Notes under the pieces: model-generated
The model's database searches: none
What the model was told of the DNA's origin: nothing
What the model saw: the letters and a program-made list of their open reading frames with translations, nothing else
In this document: positions 35,178 through 48,498 of the stretch, in pieces
How the letters are laid out: every line of letters begins with the position of its first letter
Numbering within the stretch: position 1 is the first letter of the stretch
Program-made: the position numbers and the translations under genes
Assembly: GCF_006345805.1 (NCBI RefSeq)
Contig: NC_043006.1
Span: 9,300,001-9,364,000, forward strand
Source of the DNA: Octopus sinensis
Taxonomy: Eukaryota
Reading direction: 5' to 3'
Length of the DNA: 64,000 nt

Positions 35178-35524
35178 ATACATACAAACATACATACATA
35201 CATACATACATACATACCTATCACATACATACATACATACATACATAAATACATACATACATACATACATACCTATCACATACATACATACATACATACA
35301 TACATACATACCTATCACATACATACATACATACATACACACATACACACATACATACATACATACATACATACATACATACATACATACATACATACAC
35401 ACACACATACATACATACATACATACATACATACATACATACCTATCACATACATACATACATACATACATACACACATACACACATACATACATACATA
35501 CATACATACATACATACATACATA
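35178..35524. repeat. (TACA)n array with recurrent CCTATCA interruptions
   Basis: Direct reading. Confidence 0.95.
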
Positions 35525-35754
35525 CCCTGTTGTTGATATTGAAATTCCAATGTAGAAACCTTAGATTTAGGTAAGAAACACGTTCTTTCTCTAAAGGCAA
35601 GAAATCTTATAATAAACTGAATAATGACATACATCCAAAGGAAACCCCTTGTCAGTGCTGACATTCCGATGAAGGAGCTGTGGATCTAGGTTAGACACCT
35701 GCTCATTCTATATTGGCAAGAAATCTTGAAATAATACTGAATAATGTCATCATT

Positions 35755-36157
35755 GCCGTGGCTGTGTGGTAAGTAGCTTGTTTACCAACCACATGGTTCC
35801 GGGTTCTGTCCCACTGCATGGTATCTTGGGAAAGTGTCTTCTACTATAGCCTCATGCCGACCAAAGCCTTGTGAGTGGATTTGGTAGACGGAAACTGAAA
35901 GAAGCCTGTCGTATATATGTATATATATATATGTGTGTGTGCGTGTTTGTGCGTCTGTGTTTGTCCCCCTAGCATTGCTTGACAACCGATGCTGGTGTGT
36001 TTACGTCCCCGTCACTTAGCGGTTCGGCAAAAAGAGACCGATGGAATAAGTACTGGGCTTACAAAGAATAAGTCCCGGGGTCGAGTTGCTCGATTAAAGG
36101 CGGTGCTCCAGCATGGCCGCAGTCAAATGACTGAAACGAGTAAAAGAGTAAAGAGTA
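35755..36157 (+). mobile_element. SINE family A, full length
   Basis: GCCGTGGCTGTGTGGTAAGTAGC...GGGTTCTGTCCC...linker...TAAAAGAGTAAAGAGT. Confidence 0.92.
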
Positions 36158-37137
36158 ATGACGTACAAACACAGAATATTAAATGGAGATTGTGAGGAGA
36201 GCGGGCAAGAATGTGAAATAGAAATAATGGTGAGAGGAAACCTTTGGTTTGGAAAATTAGTTGCCAGATATAGGAACATTTAATTCGCTAATTAGACTGA
36301 AATTCCGGTCCCTTGCAGCGATGAATTATCACACAGTGAGTCAACATTCAAGATACAAATAATAATACTAAACATGCATATTAGACTTCCTGCCCCAAAT
36401 CAACCAACCAAGTAATTACCAAAAATCCTAACAAGGTATTCTTGACCTCCAGTGAACGCATTTAGTAGATGATTCAGTCCATACTACACATCGAGGGTTA
36501 AAACAGTCTTCTTGATAGTACGGAAATGAAGCGGTTGCATCGCAATAAAATCTATCTTTACATCTTTAGGTCGTAAAACGAACACACTGACGCATCTTGC
36601 TCAACTAACTACAGTAAATCTTGTTCAATTATTACATTTTACTACTCAACACTCGTAGATGCCATATTTTATGACGACACTCCAGCAACACGTCTCTAAG
36701 CAGTAACTCATTAATTTCAGAAGAGACACAAATAAACAAAAATACAAACACATTTACAACGTTAGAAAAATCACAGCGAGAACATTTGCAGGTAAAAAAA
36801 AGAATAAAAAACAGATTGTCATTTAACAAATCCACCACAAACACAAACACACGTTACAGAATAAACACACAACAACAGAATAATTATTGAAAGCTTCTTA
36901 CAGTAAACAACATGCATAATTCACTAGCAATGTACAAATGTAATTACGATATTCTGCAGGCCATCAGCTTGGATATTTGTTGCAAATACTCAAATTGCAC
37001 GATATAGAAGCTAGTGCTGCGCTACATCGCACCCTAGTATCGTAATGAGGGATTAAAAAACCTCAAAATACAGTCATATTTAAGAAATATACCTAGAATA
37101 AGATGGGTGATCCGGGCTTGTGTGTCGTAAGTAATAT

Positions 37138-37448
37138 ATACAGTTGCGGCCAAAATGTTCAGAACGGCATTGTCTTCGCCAGAAAAGTAGGTATAAGTTT
37201 TTATCAAATTTGTTTTATATTCTATAATTTTCACAGACAATAAATACATGGGTTTTGCAGTAAATCACTAAATCATCCATAACCTTTGTATTATCCTCTC
37301 AAATTACACCAAAATCTCAGACGATAACAACTAGTATCGTATTTATTGTCTGTGAAAATTATAGAACATAAAACAACTTTGATAAAAACTTATACCTACT
37401 TTTCTGACGAAAACAATGCCGTTCTGAACATTTTGGCCGCAACTGTAT
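37138..37448. repeat. 110-bp inverted repeat with a 91-bp spacer
   Basis: 37138-37247 versus 37339-37448; four mismatches by manual comparison. Confidence 0.9.
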
Positions 37449-40432
37449 GCACTATCAGAGTTATAAATCAAAGAAAAGGGAGTAAAACAATTAAAAACAC
37501 AACGGTATGGTACAATTTATGGATAATGCATAATACTTGCTTTCCCGATAGAGAACAATACAAGTTAATTTTTCTTGTCGCAATGTGTACACACGACATA
37601 CATAAGAATGTAACCTATGCCGGATGTAGGGAAGCTCTCATATGGCAAAAGAGAAGGACTTCGAATATCAAAACAGTAATTTAATACTTTTGCACGCCAA
37701 TGAATTTGTAGGAATTTAAGACTCATTAGTTTTTGTTTTTAATAGAGTTGCGTTCACTCAAATCATTATGTTCCGTGCAATTCATATTAATTCCTAGAAA
37801 ACATTTCTTCCTCTCCAGGAGGGAATTATTCAGCGCACAATGCAACCTAGATGTGTGGATATTGTGAGGTAGCAAAGTCGAAACTACGACGTAAATCACT
37901 CCGAAATACAGTGCAAATAGCACGCAGCATATTTCTGTTAATCACTAACAACCAGAACCAGTGAAAACACAAAATATGATAACAGCATCAATAACCAGGA
38001 AAGCGGAGAGTGTTAATTGTCCTGTTCAAACGGAGTCCATGTCGCTGTTTCATTTGTGGCCAGAACATGTCTACATGTTTCTCTGATACAAATATCTGTA
38101 AAATAACGTACCTTATTATGTTAAAAATGTCTATTTTGGATAATGTAGGCGTTGAAATTATAGCTTTATCATAATACATTAAAAGGTGGATTGATAATAG
38201 TGTTAGAATGTAGCTAAACCACCACCACCACCACCGCATCCCAACAACAGTAACAATAAAACGCATCTAAGGGAACAAAGATAGAAGCCTCTGCGCTAGG
38301 CATGGCAATATTCAGCATTTGCGTCGCATGTAGCCATTTATTGTTTTTTTGCGAAGTATACGTAATATCATGATTATATAAACAACTTTTTATTGGTATT
38401 GTTTACGTTTGACTGTTGAAAGCAAATGGCATAGAACGATGGCGGAGAAAAGAATTTGAATTCAGAAGTCACAGCTATCTATTCTTCCATATGATAGAGT
38501 TGGTTCGCCATTACAACCAATGGCAGTACTCATAAAAGTAATGAAAAACATTTCATTCTACTGGTTTTCACAGCGGTGATGTATGGCTTTGTATTGTGCC
38601 TTACAGATGTTAGATGAGAGGTACAGATTAAAGTAACACTTTTATTGGTTTCAATCTGTAACTGAAGTAAACTAAGCATAAATGCAAGTCACATTGTGAT
38701 GGATAATTAAGGACTGACAGGTGAGAGAGGAAGCGGGGAAGTGTGTGTATGAGTTTTTAAGAAAAAGTATTGATGTATAAACAGCATAACAGTAATAGGG
38801 AAGGGACACTTCTAAATGGATTTTAAATGGAAATAAATAAATAAAAACTGAGTGAGTGCAAGAATGAAACAGAATTTAGCAAACGAATACAAAGAGGTAA
38901 TGAATCAAAGAGAAAATTTGATTTGATTTTGTTTAGAAAGTTCCATTATGAAAGGAGATAAATAATGGAAAGAAGGTGGGAAAGAAAAGTAGAGAAAATT
39001 GGCAAGGTGAAGAGGGTAATTATGTCTAAATTAATAAAACAAAGGACTAAATAGCCTATCAGAAAGAGAAAACGAATACACAGGCGTACACATATGCAGA
39101 AGTAATTTCATAAGTATACGTGTGTGTGTGTGTGAATGTATATAGTTATGTATATATATATATAGGTATCTTTTAAATGTGTTTACGGGAAACACTTTGA
39201 ATATGCAAAGAAAGCTCCTCTTGTATTATGGCAGCCATAATCTAATGACTGGTGAACCAGCTTTTCGGGGTTGCGCCGAGCTGTACCGATATAATGCAGG
39301 TGTAATGTAATGATAACAATAATACTTGGATGGAATTTATAATAATTTAATGTGTCGCTACGCGCGTTTCCAGTTATCACATGCTTTTTAAAGTCCGTTT
39401 TCTTGAAATGATTACAAGATACTACGATCTGCGCTGTAAGTATATCAGGAATACGGACTGTAATATTAAGAGACATGCGAGTTGTGGAAACGTGCTCAAG
39501 TCGATGCGCTAGATATTTATAAATTGTATCCAAGCATTATTGATATTACCGCGTGTTTTTTAGGGGGAGGGCGTGTATCAAGGAAATGGTAAAAAGCAAG
39601 AACAACAAAACTCAAAAGACGCACACACATGCAAAAAGACATTCACACATGCCCTCATAACATACACCGAGGCGATGTAATATTCTGTGATCGCGATTAG
39701 GTTTTCTATAGCCATGCTGGGGTAGAGCCTTGTAGAATTTTACTCTAACGAATCGACCTCAGGACAAATATTTCTAAGACAAGTACTTAATTTATTATTA
39801 CCTCTAAAAATTATTTAATAGACAATAATTAAAAAAAAGATAATTCTATCTATATGTATGTATGTATATATTCATGTAAATATGTATGTATGTATTTATG
39901 TACTCATGTACGTATGTATGTGTGTGTGTGTAAAATATATATATATATATATATATAAGTAGTTGAATGAATTATCTTAGTATGGATAATTCGGATAACC
40001 GATACCTGGGTAGCAAATTCACGTCAGAAAAACACGGTTGAAGCTACATGCAGAGATCACGTGCTTTCGTGTGGAAATTTGTGTGTTTTTTCTTTCATTA
40101 TATATATATATATGTATATGTATATATATATACATATTTATGTATATGTATATATATATATATGAGGTTAGTACAGTTAGAGTTTGGAATAACCGTCTAA
40201 GGGATAAAAAATATCCGATATACTACTGGTATAATTACCTATGTTAACCCTGGACATAAGTAATTATGCAAGAATATTATGATCATGGGTTACTGGTAAT
40301 AAACAATAAAGCATGAATCTAACAGGAATCAAATTTGAAGTGAACAGAAAATGAAGAAATATTGATCAACATCAATTAAGTAAAATACATGATAACTTGT
40401 TAATTGAATAGAAATAGACTGTATCCCATCTA

Positions 40433-40530
40433 ACAGCTGTTTCTGCTTCCAATGTTATATGGCATTGCCATTGAAAATTCTGAAAATAGTATTCATTATA
40501 TTTGGTAATACATGGAGCCTCGTCAGTGTG
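40433..40530 (-). ncRNA. Degenerate hammerhead motif with long stem II
   Basis: Minus strand CTGACGA (40520-26) GGCTCCATGT...ACATTGGAAGCA GAAA (40440-43); ACAGCTGT palindrome (40433-40). Stem I and the stem II closing pair do not match. Confidence 0.5.
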
Positions 40531-41109
40531 AAGAATTATACATAAAAGAAAAGGAAAGAAAAGAAAAGAACCTCAAGAAGAAGATGGAAGGCTTATATAT
40601 TTAAATCATACCATTTGGCTTATGTGTCGCTTCGGGACGTTGAGTAAATGACTATTGTTAAAACAGTAACTAGTGGGTTATTTTTTCGATGGTCGTAACA
40701 GGGTGGATAAGAAATAAAAAATGTAAAATAAAAAAAATACAATAACGGGACAAAGAGGGAGTGAGAGTGCCATAACATTTTGAAGTAATCATATTAGTTC
40801 TTAATTATTATGTTTATAGTACTAATTAATAGTTTATCACAATTAAGTGCCCATCAATTAATTTCAACTATATACTTATTGATATGTTGTAAAGTCCAAC
40901 AACCTATTGCCCGTAATGGGATTGACCAAAGTCCAGTGTTAGATATAATTGGTCAGTTAAATTTGTATTTAATTAAAAAGTAATAATTGATGTTAGTTAA
41001 TTGTGGTCGATCAATATTTCTCCATTTTTTGCTTACTTTATATGTGTGTGTGTGTTTGTGTTTCTGTGTGTGTGTGTGTGTATTAGACACATACACACAA
41101 GCACACATG

Positions 41110-41212
41110 CGACGAGCTTCGTTCAGTTTCCATCCATCGGATTCACTCACAAAGCTTTTTTCGACCTGATGCTATACGACATGACAATTGACTTACATGC
41201 CACACCTGCGCC
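41110..41212 (-). mobile_element. SINE family A, 5' half, internally deleted
   Basis: CGACGAGCTTCGTTCAGTTTCC...CTCACAAAGC joined to CCACACCTGCGCC. Confidence 0.6.
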
Positions 41213-41559
41213 TATATGGGAAGAGCAATTTTATAGAATTCAAGGTATTTTGATATTTGATATAATTATATGTATCTATGTATTTTTGAATGTGTATATG
41301 CATGCATGTACGTATGTGTATGTAACTATTTATATATGCATGTATCAGGGATTTGTATTTGTATTATAAGTTGTAGGGAAAGACTTGCTTGAGTGGACAA
41401 GAACGAACCCCTTCGGAGATATGGTTAGAGATGAGACATTCAAAGGCAGAGAGAGAGAGAGAAAGGGAGAGAAAGAGAGAGATAGAGAAAGAAAGAGAGA
41501 GAGAGTATGTGAGATAACTTTCTTTGTTGGCCACACAGGGCTGAACACGTGAGATAGAT

Positions 41560-41574
41560 AATTAGATAGATAAT

Positions 41575-41646
<72 letters not shown>

Positions 41647-41704
41647 GATATATAGATAGATAGACGGGTAGATAGATAGGTAGATAGATAGATAGATAGA
41701 TAGG

Positions 41705-41786
<82 letters not shown>
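41560..41786. repeat. (GATA)n array flanked by SINE C tail fragments
   Basis: Direct reading; CACACAGGGCTGA on both sides (about 41533 and 41803). Confidence 0.9.
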
Positions 41787-41973
41787 TGTTTCCTTATTAG
41801 TCACACAGGGCTGACCACAGAGGGGACAAATTATAAAGTAGAGCTTTGTTTTGGGGGAGAAAAAAGGGGGGGGGGAGGTTTTCGATCAAAAGGGATCGTA
41901 AAAATAAGATGGAAAGATAGATATCGAGAGAGGGAGGAAGAGGGGGAGACAGCGAGAGAGAATGAGAGAGGAA

Positions 41974-42041
<68 letters not shown>

Positions 42042-42856
42042 CACATGCGCGAATACAAAGCTATATAGACAAATAGACAAACTGAGATAGAGAGGTAGGG
42101 AGCATATGAAAGTGAGAGAGACAGACAGACGGCTGAACAGATTGATAAATTCAGCGAGACAAGGAAGGAAGGAAGGAAGGAAGGAAGGAAGGAAATTGTG
42201 TATAGAGAAAAAAAGAGAAATTATGAATAAATCAGTTAAAATAAGGGGAAAGGTAAACAAAAACTGAAAATTAACGAAACTGCATCGACAGACTTATGAT
42301 ATATACGCTCTTTTTCCTTTCACTGTTGGCACAGATTAACAGTGAGAAATTCAAAAGCAACGTAATTATAGACAGAGGGAAAAAAAATTTTTTTGTTTAT
42401 AGGATAAGAAATATGTAAGAAAACCTGTGGCAAAATAATCTTCGTCTAATGTATAAGCGTTATTTACAATGTTTACGTTTTCTCTCCGAGAATTAAGAAC
42501 TTAGATTCGAAGGGAGGCAACTCTTACAAACCGGTCGGTTGTGATTGAAATGAAATTGAACTATTTATCGGCCCTCACGTCTGCGGATATGCTTGTGCCC
42601 GCACACACGTGTGTGTGTGTGTGTTGTTCAACATCATGAATATGGAAATAAACAGATGCTTAAGCATATGTACGATTACACACTCATAGACAGTCATGCA
42701 TGCACATATTAACATACATTGATGCTAAAATTTATATACTGCTATAATTCTATGACTCTGCTATAATTCTGACATGCGTGTGTGTGAGTGTGTGTATAGA
42801 TAGATAGAAAGATAGACAGATAGATAAGAAGAATATATAGATATATATATATATAT

Positions 42857-42895
<39 letters not shown>

Positions 42896-42901
42896 AGTGT
42901 G

Positions 42902-42939
<38 letters not shown>

Positions 42940-42969
42940 TGTGTCTGTGTGTGTGTGTGCGCGCGTACA

Positions 42970-43102
42970 CAGTTGTTCGGCAAAGGAGACAGATAGAATA
43001 AATATTAGGCTTACAAAGAATAAGTCCTGAGGTCGATTTGCTCGACAAAAGGCGGTGCTCCAGCATGGCTGAAATCAAAGGACTGAAAGAAGTAAAAGAA
43101 TG
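42970..43102 (+). mobile_element. SINE family A, 3' fragment
   Basis: TTCGGCAAAGGAGACAGATAGAATAA...GGCGGTGCTCCAGCATGG. Confidence 0.8.
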
Positions 43103-43138
<36 letters not shown>

Positions 43139-43167
43139 TTCTATATGTATATCCATCTATCTGTGAA

Positions 43168-43483
43168 GGCGCGTGGCTTAGTGGTTAGGGCATTCGGCTC
43201 ATGCTCGTAAGGTTGTGAGTTCGATTCCCGGCGACGCGTTGTGTCCTTGAGCAAGACACTTTATTTCACGTTGCTCCAGTCCACTCAGCTGGCAAAAATG
43301 AGTTGTACTTGTATTTCAAAGGGTCAGCCTTGTCACTCTCTGTGTCACGCTGATTATCCCCGAGAACTACGTTAAGGGTACACGTGTCTGTGGAATGCTC
43401 AGCCATTTTCACGTTAATTTCACGAGGAAGCTGTTCCGTTGATCGTATCAGCTGGGACCCTCGTCGTCGTAACCGGCGGAGTC
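43168..43483 (+). mobile_element. SINE family B' (different tRNA head plus tail X)
   Basis: GGCGCGTGGCTTAGTGGTTAGGGC...AGTTCGATTCCC...GTGTCCTTGAGCAAGACACTT, then TGTATTTCAAAGGG...CGTCGTCGTAACC tail shared with family B. Confidence 0.88.
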
Positions 43484-43599
43484 TTTTTTTAAATCCATCT
43501 ATCTAAATTGTATAACGTAACTGTAACGTAGAGAATGATTCTCTTTTGGATTTATGATACAAATAGATGTATGCATGTATGTAGGTATGTAAGTATATA

Positions 43600-43722
43600 A
43601 ATGTATATCTATATATGCATATATCTGAATGTATTTATATATGCATGTATACACACACACACACATACATACACACACATACACACACACATATATATGA
43701 ATATATATATCTATATCACATA

Positions 43723-43770
<48 letters not shown>

Positions 43771-43773
43771 ATA

Positions 43774-43837
<64 letters not shown>

Positions 43838-43858
43838 CACATATATATGTATATATAT

Positions 43859-43909
<51 letters not shown>

Positions 43910-44067
43910 CAGCTGAGTGCAGTCAGTATATTTGCAGCCGATTTTCTCCTTTGCCTTTCACCCAGGAGACTGTTAATGCAACTAAATTTCTAATATCATC
44001 TTCAAATGTTTGTGTGTGCATGCTCGTGTATACAGAGATATATATATATATAAGAGAGAGAGAGGGG

Positions 44068-44110
<43 letters not shown>

Positions 44111-44123
44111 GAGAGAGAGAGGG

Positions 44124-44164
<41 letters not shown>

Positions 44165-44180
44165 TGGATAGATAGATAGT

Positions 44181-44261
<81 letters not shown>

Positions 44262-44268
44262 GGATAGA
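43600..44268. repeat. Compound (AC)/(AT)/(AG)/(GATA) microsatellite field
   Basis: Direct reading; interrupted by about 130 bp of unique sequence at 43907-44035. Confidence 0.85.
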
Positions 44269-46772
44269 TGGTGCAGCGTCTGGTATGGTTGTAGAGGCCC
44301 ACACGCATATAACGACTGCATTCGAAGGAGTTCTCTGCCGGCGCTACTGGTTTTTCCCTCCGTCGAGGGCGCCTTTGTGTGCGGGCGTGTTCCTGTTTAT
44401 CTTACCCTCACCATACTCCCTTTTGTAGTACTTGTCTCTACCGTGGGCAATCACTTGCGACCTCTTCTTATCTCAGGACGCCCAGATCAAAATGAATAAT
44501 GAATTCCACCTAGAATTAGAAATGACAAAATAACTTATATTATCCATGTAAAAATAAAACAGATATAAACACAAAAGCACCAGGAAAAAAATTACTGGAT
44601 TTCGACAACATGTCACTATCGAATGAGATTCACTTTAACATAAACGCAGGGTGTCCTTCATCAGCAGCTTAACGGATATCATCGTGATTTTGAATCAGCG
44701 ATTCTTGTTATTTAATTCCATATAATTAAAAGCCTTCAACCATTCCCACTTCTTATATAATAGAAATAATGATGGCAGTTGTGCCGCTCTATTTTAAGAT
44801 GTTTTTGTAATTAGAGAATTATGTTACGCTCTCTTGGTAGCAAAATAGCAAAGTGGAATTGTCCCTTATTCACAGTCGTCCATGTTGTCATCGCTGTCGC
44901 CGTCATTGTTGATGTCGATGTCGTTCATTATCTAACGTCTAACGTTCATCTAACTCTTCTAGCCACTTTCGTTATAGGATTATTTTCAATAAACAACGCC
45001 ATATGATTACTCATTTAAGATGTCGCGTCATATTGCGAACTGTAATGTGTAGTTTGGAAGTGACTGACATGTCATCTGGAACCAATTAAGGGACAATGTA
45101 GGGTTCCACATTGCAAGTTCTTCGATGCAACCATTAATAGGATCTTTTGGGTCCCACTTTTCATATCGATGACCATTGATTTCCAATAAATTCCCATATA
45201 AAAGATGAGTATATCTAAAGGTGCTCCCGCCAGGTAAGTGTCTGTAATTTTAAAAGTATTTTTTGTCTATCCTGCTGACATTGGAACATTACTTAGATAT
45301 GTGTCCTTTCTTTTATAACGGTAAGTATATGAATTAAGTAAAATATTGCTTTTTTTTCTAGCAGATGAAACGACCAAAAAGATTATGTGTACGCCGTTTG
45401 TATAACGACATAATCTTTAATTAATTGACCATTAATTGTGGTACAGTGCCAATATCATTCATGCTGTTATCTATTCCCGTGTATACGTAGCTACAGAGCC
45501 ACAATACTTATACTTACAAACATATACCCATATATGCATGCAAATATAAATACATATACACTCATGGGGAAAAGTACACACACACGTAAGCATTAAGAAA
45601 CGCACATACACTAAAGCACGCACACATATACACACAGACTCATATATATTTATGTATGTTTGCATACACGTTTATTACATTGCTTAACATTCCATATTGT
45701 GAGAAAGCTTTAGAAAACTATGGAAGAAAAAGTATCAAGCAAATAAATAAAGTAGTAGATAAACAACCGGGTGTTTAAAATTTGGATTCCGTCATCCACT
45801 GGCAACAGAATATTAAGTGAGCTTCTGAAATTTTGGGGACTGCAACATCATTTATTTCTAGTTGTATTTTCTTCGAACTACTGTATTTCGTTCAGAAAGT
45901 CACAAAAACTATTTCATTATATATTACAATACCATATTTTTTATTTAGTAGAGAATGGGCAGACAATTTCATTTTTATAAAAAAATATATGCATATACTA
46001 AAATAAATATAAATATGAAATTTCCTTTCCTGAGAATTGGACATTTTTGCGTTATTTGTAGCATAATCATACTGTTTGTGTACAACTGGTAATTATTATA
46101 ATATATATATTTTCTAGCTTACGATGAAATCTAAGTAGAAATACCTCAACTTTGACTTTTCTAATCTTAAATGTGCAACTTATTTGAGGACAAAAACATA
46201 TGCAGCATAAAAGATTGTGGGAAACCTCATATAAGACATTGCCTGAGAGTCATGAGATAGATTACCAAAAAAAAACATCTCGCTTTGAAGAACTTCTATT
46301 TCACTAAGTATAGTATAAAGTAAAAAAAAATTTCAGCTATGTAGTAGGTGGTCTTTGGTAAAATAAAATTAAAGAACACTGCAAAGCTGCAAGTATTCCA
46401 TTTCCAAATATAAGAGAGTTTTTTTTTTGTATAGAAGAAGATTAATGATCGTAAATGATGAAGTGCTTTATATTTATTCATATAAAAGTAGTTGACTTTG
46501 AAGAGCATCTGATAAATTCTAAAGATACAAAATCATAACTTTTGATATTGATGCAACAACACAACGGAAATTAGAGTGCTGGACATAGGTAGAGTTTATT
46601 GAAGGACAATCTTTAATAGTCAGAAATATGCAAATAAGATTATCTTCAGATGGCTTTGTTTACTATACGACTGATATAAATATCAGATTACGTCTCTGAG
46701 GAGCGGTTAACAAATAGAAAATAGTCCTTCAGGAAACTCTCAACTGCACATAAAACAAAAACACACATATTG

Positions 46773-46803
<31 letters not shown>

Positions 46804-46810
46804 TATATAT

Positions 46811-46857
<47 letters not shown>

Positions 46858-46973
46858 CGTACATTCTTAAGTCTTCAACAGTTTGGCTTTGAAATATTTT
46901 GAACGATTTCAGAACATATTTGATTCATGTTTATCAATCAAAATCAATAGTGTGTGTGTGTGTCCGTGTGTGT

Positions 46974-47038
<65 letters not shown>

Positions 47039-48498
47039 CGTGTGTGTGTGTTTGTACTCTTGCTTCTGTAAGATATGCAACTCTACTTTGAATTCTTGCT
47101 ATATATTAAACCAAACCCCGTACGTCATTCGGTCCCAGAAGTTACCAAATCTGTCACCTCATTGGCATCACTAATGCAAATATTCATTTCTCACATAGAC
47201 TTGAGTTAAGCCGTCCAATCACTGGGGAAATTGCATTAATTACATTGACTCTAAGGATAAGATTTTTTTTTTTTTTACTTATTTTAACAGTTTCTACCGT
47301 TAGTCAATAAGATGTCCACTAGGTCGGACATGGTAGTTATGAGTTGGACAGCAGAACTAAATATGTCAGTTGGTTATGGTTGCTGTTATTGTTGTTGTTG
47401 TTCTTGTTCTTGTTCTTGCTGTCGTTGCTGTAGTTGTTGTTGCTTAGATTCAACTAATCCCTAACGGATTAGAGTTATGGCCAATTACATTAACCTTATG
47501 AACATCTTGCCTCATTTTTCAAACACGGTTTATCTGCGGCTAAATCAGCCAATCTACGCTTTCTTTGCGTTCACATACCCTTGTAACTTCTGTGAGATCT
47601 AATCTCTAGTTCTTCAAGAACAGGTAGCTAAATGTCTTTATCAGCCTCAGTGGTGACTATGCATATATATTTCTTGTTAAATCTCTGCCTTTCATATCAA
47701 TCCATCGTGCCTTATACAGACGACACTTGCATGTGACAGATTAAGACAGCCAAAAGGTACATGTGTCTGTGAGTAATCAAAAATCAAAACAAACAGAAGA
47801 GGTATGTCCAGGAAGAAGGGTGAATAAAACCCTCAAATAAACCAGAGATTAAAGAATGTATGTCGCACAGAAGAGAAAGACGTAGTGGTCTGACAGAACT
47901 CCGGATCAAGAAATGATTAAGTGAGAGCTCATAGCATTAAGAAAATTAGTAATATTGTTGCGTCACATCACTCGTTACAGGGTGGTCGATAAATAAGGCT
48001 TCATTTATTGATATATTCATTAAACAACTCATTGACATATGCACTTTCTCTCACTCTCCCTTACTGTAACACGCGCGCGCACTTACGCCCAGAGAAAAAC
48101 ACATGGCACGCATATAGAGAACTGCATCCTCCGCAAATATAGGTGTTTGATAACGTCTTGTTACATTAGATTTTTTTTATTCATTGAAGTCCCTTACACA
48201 GTGGCTTGGTATTTCTTTGTTTGTTTCTGGGTTCGATGCCACTGTTTTGTGATAAAATTATTTAAAATGCAATAGTTAGAATATTTGATCTCAACACAAA
48301 AAAAAAAAAAACAACAACCCAAAGGCATCTTCTCCGATTCTCTAAATATCTCTCCCCAGTATCTATGAACACCGAAAACAAAGTTTAGCATGACTACACT
48401 TGAACTCTGACCGCTCAGACGGCATGGTCAAATAACAAAAGACATTAATTCCATACTGTAACGTTTTTGTTAATTTGCTACTATTTGTTTGTCACATA

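Noticed and set aside
37404-37440. CTGACGA inside the 110-bp inverted repeat
   Set aside because: No GAAA or stems; the other arm has CTGGCGA.
37865-37885. TGAGGTAG (let-7-like start)
   Set aside because: Only 8 nt match; the remainder and the hairpin context do not fit let-7.
39183-39533. 116-aa ORF in CpG-richer unique DNA (also 50255-50500, 81 aa)
   Set aside because: No domain recognised, no splice or codon evidence; length compatible with chance.
44590-44670. Minus-strand CTGATGA-AG-GACA...TGTC-GAAAT-CCA-GTA
   Set aside because: Possible very old HHR, but no stem I and no palindromic stem III; too weak to count.
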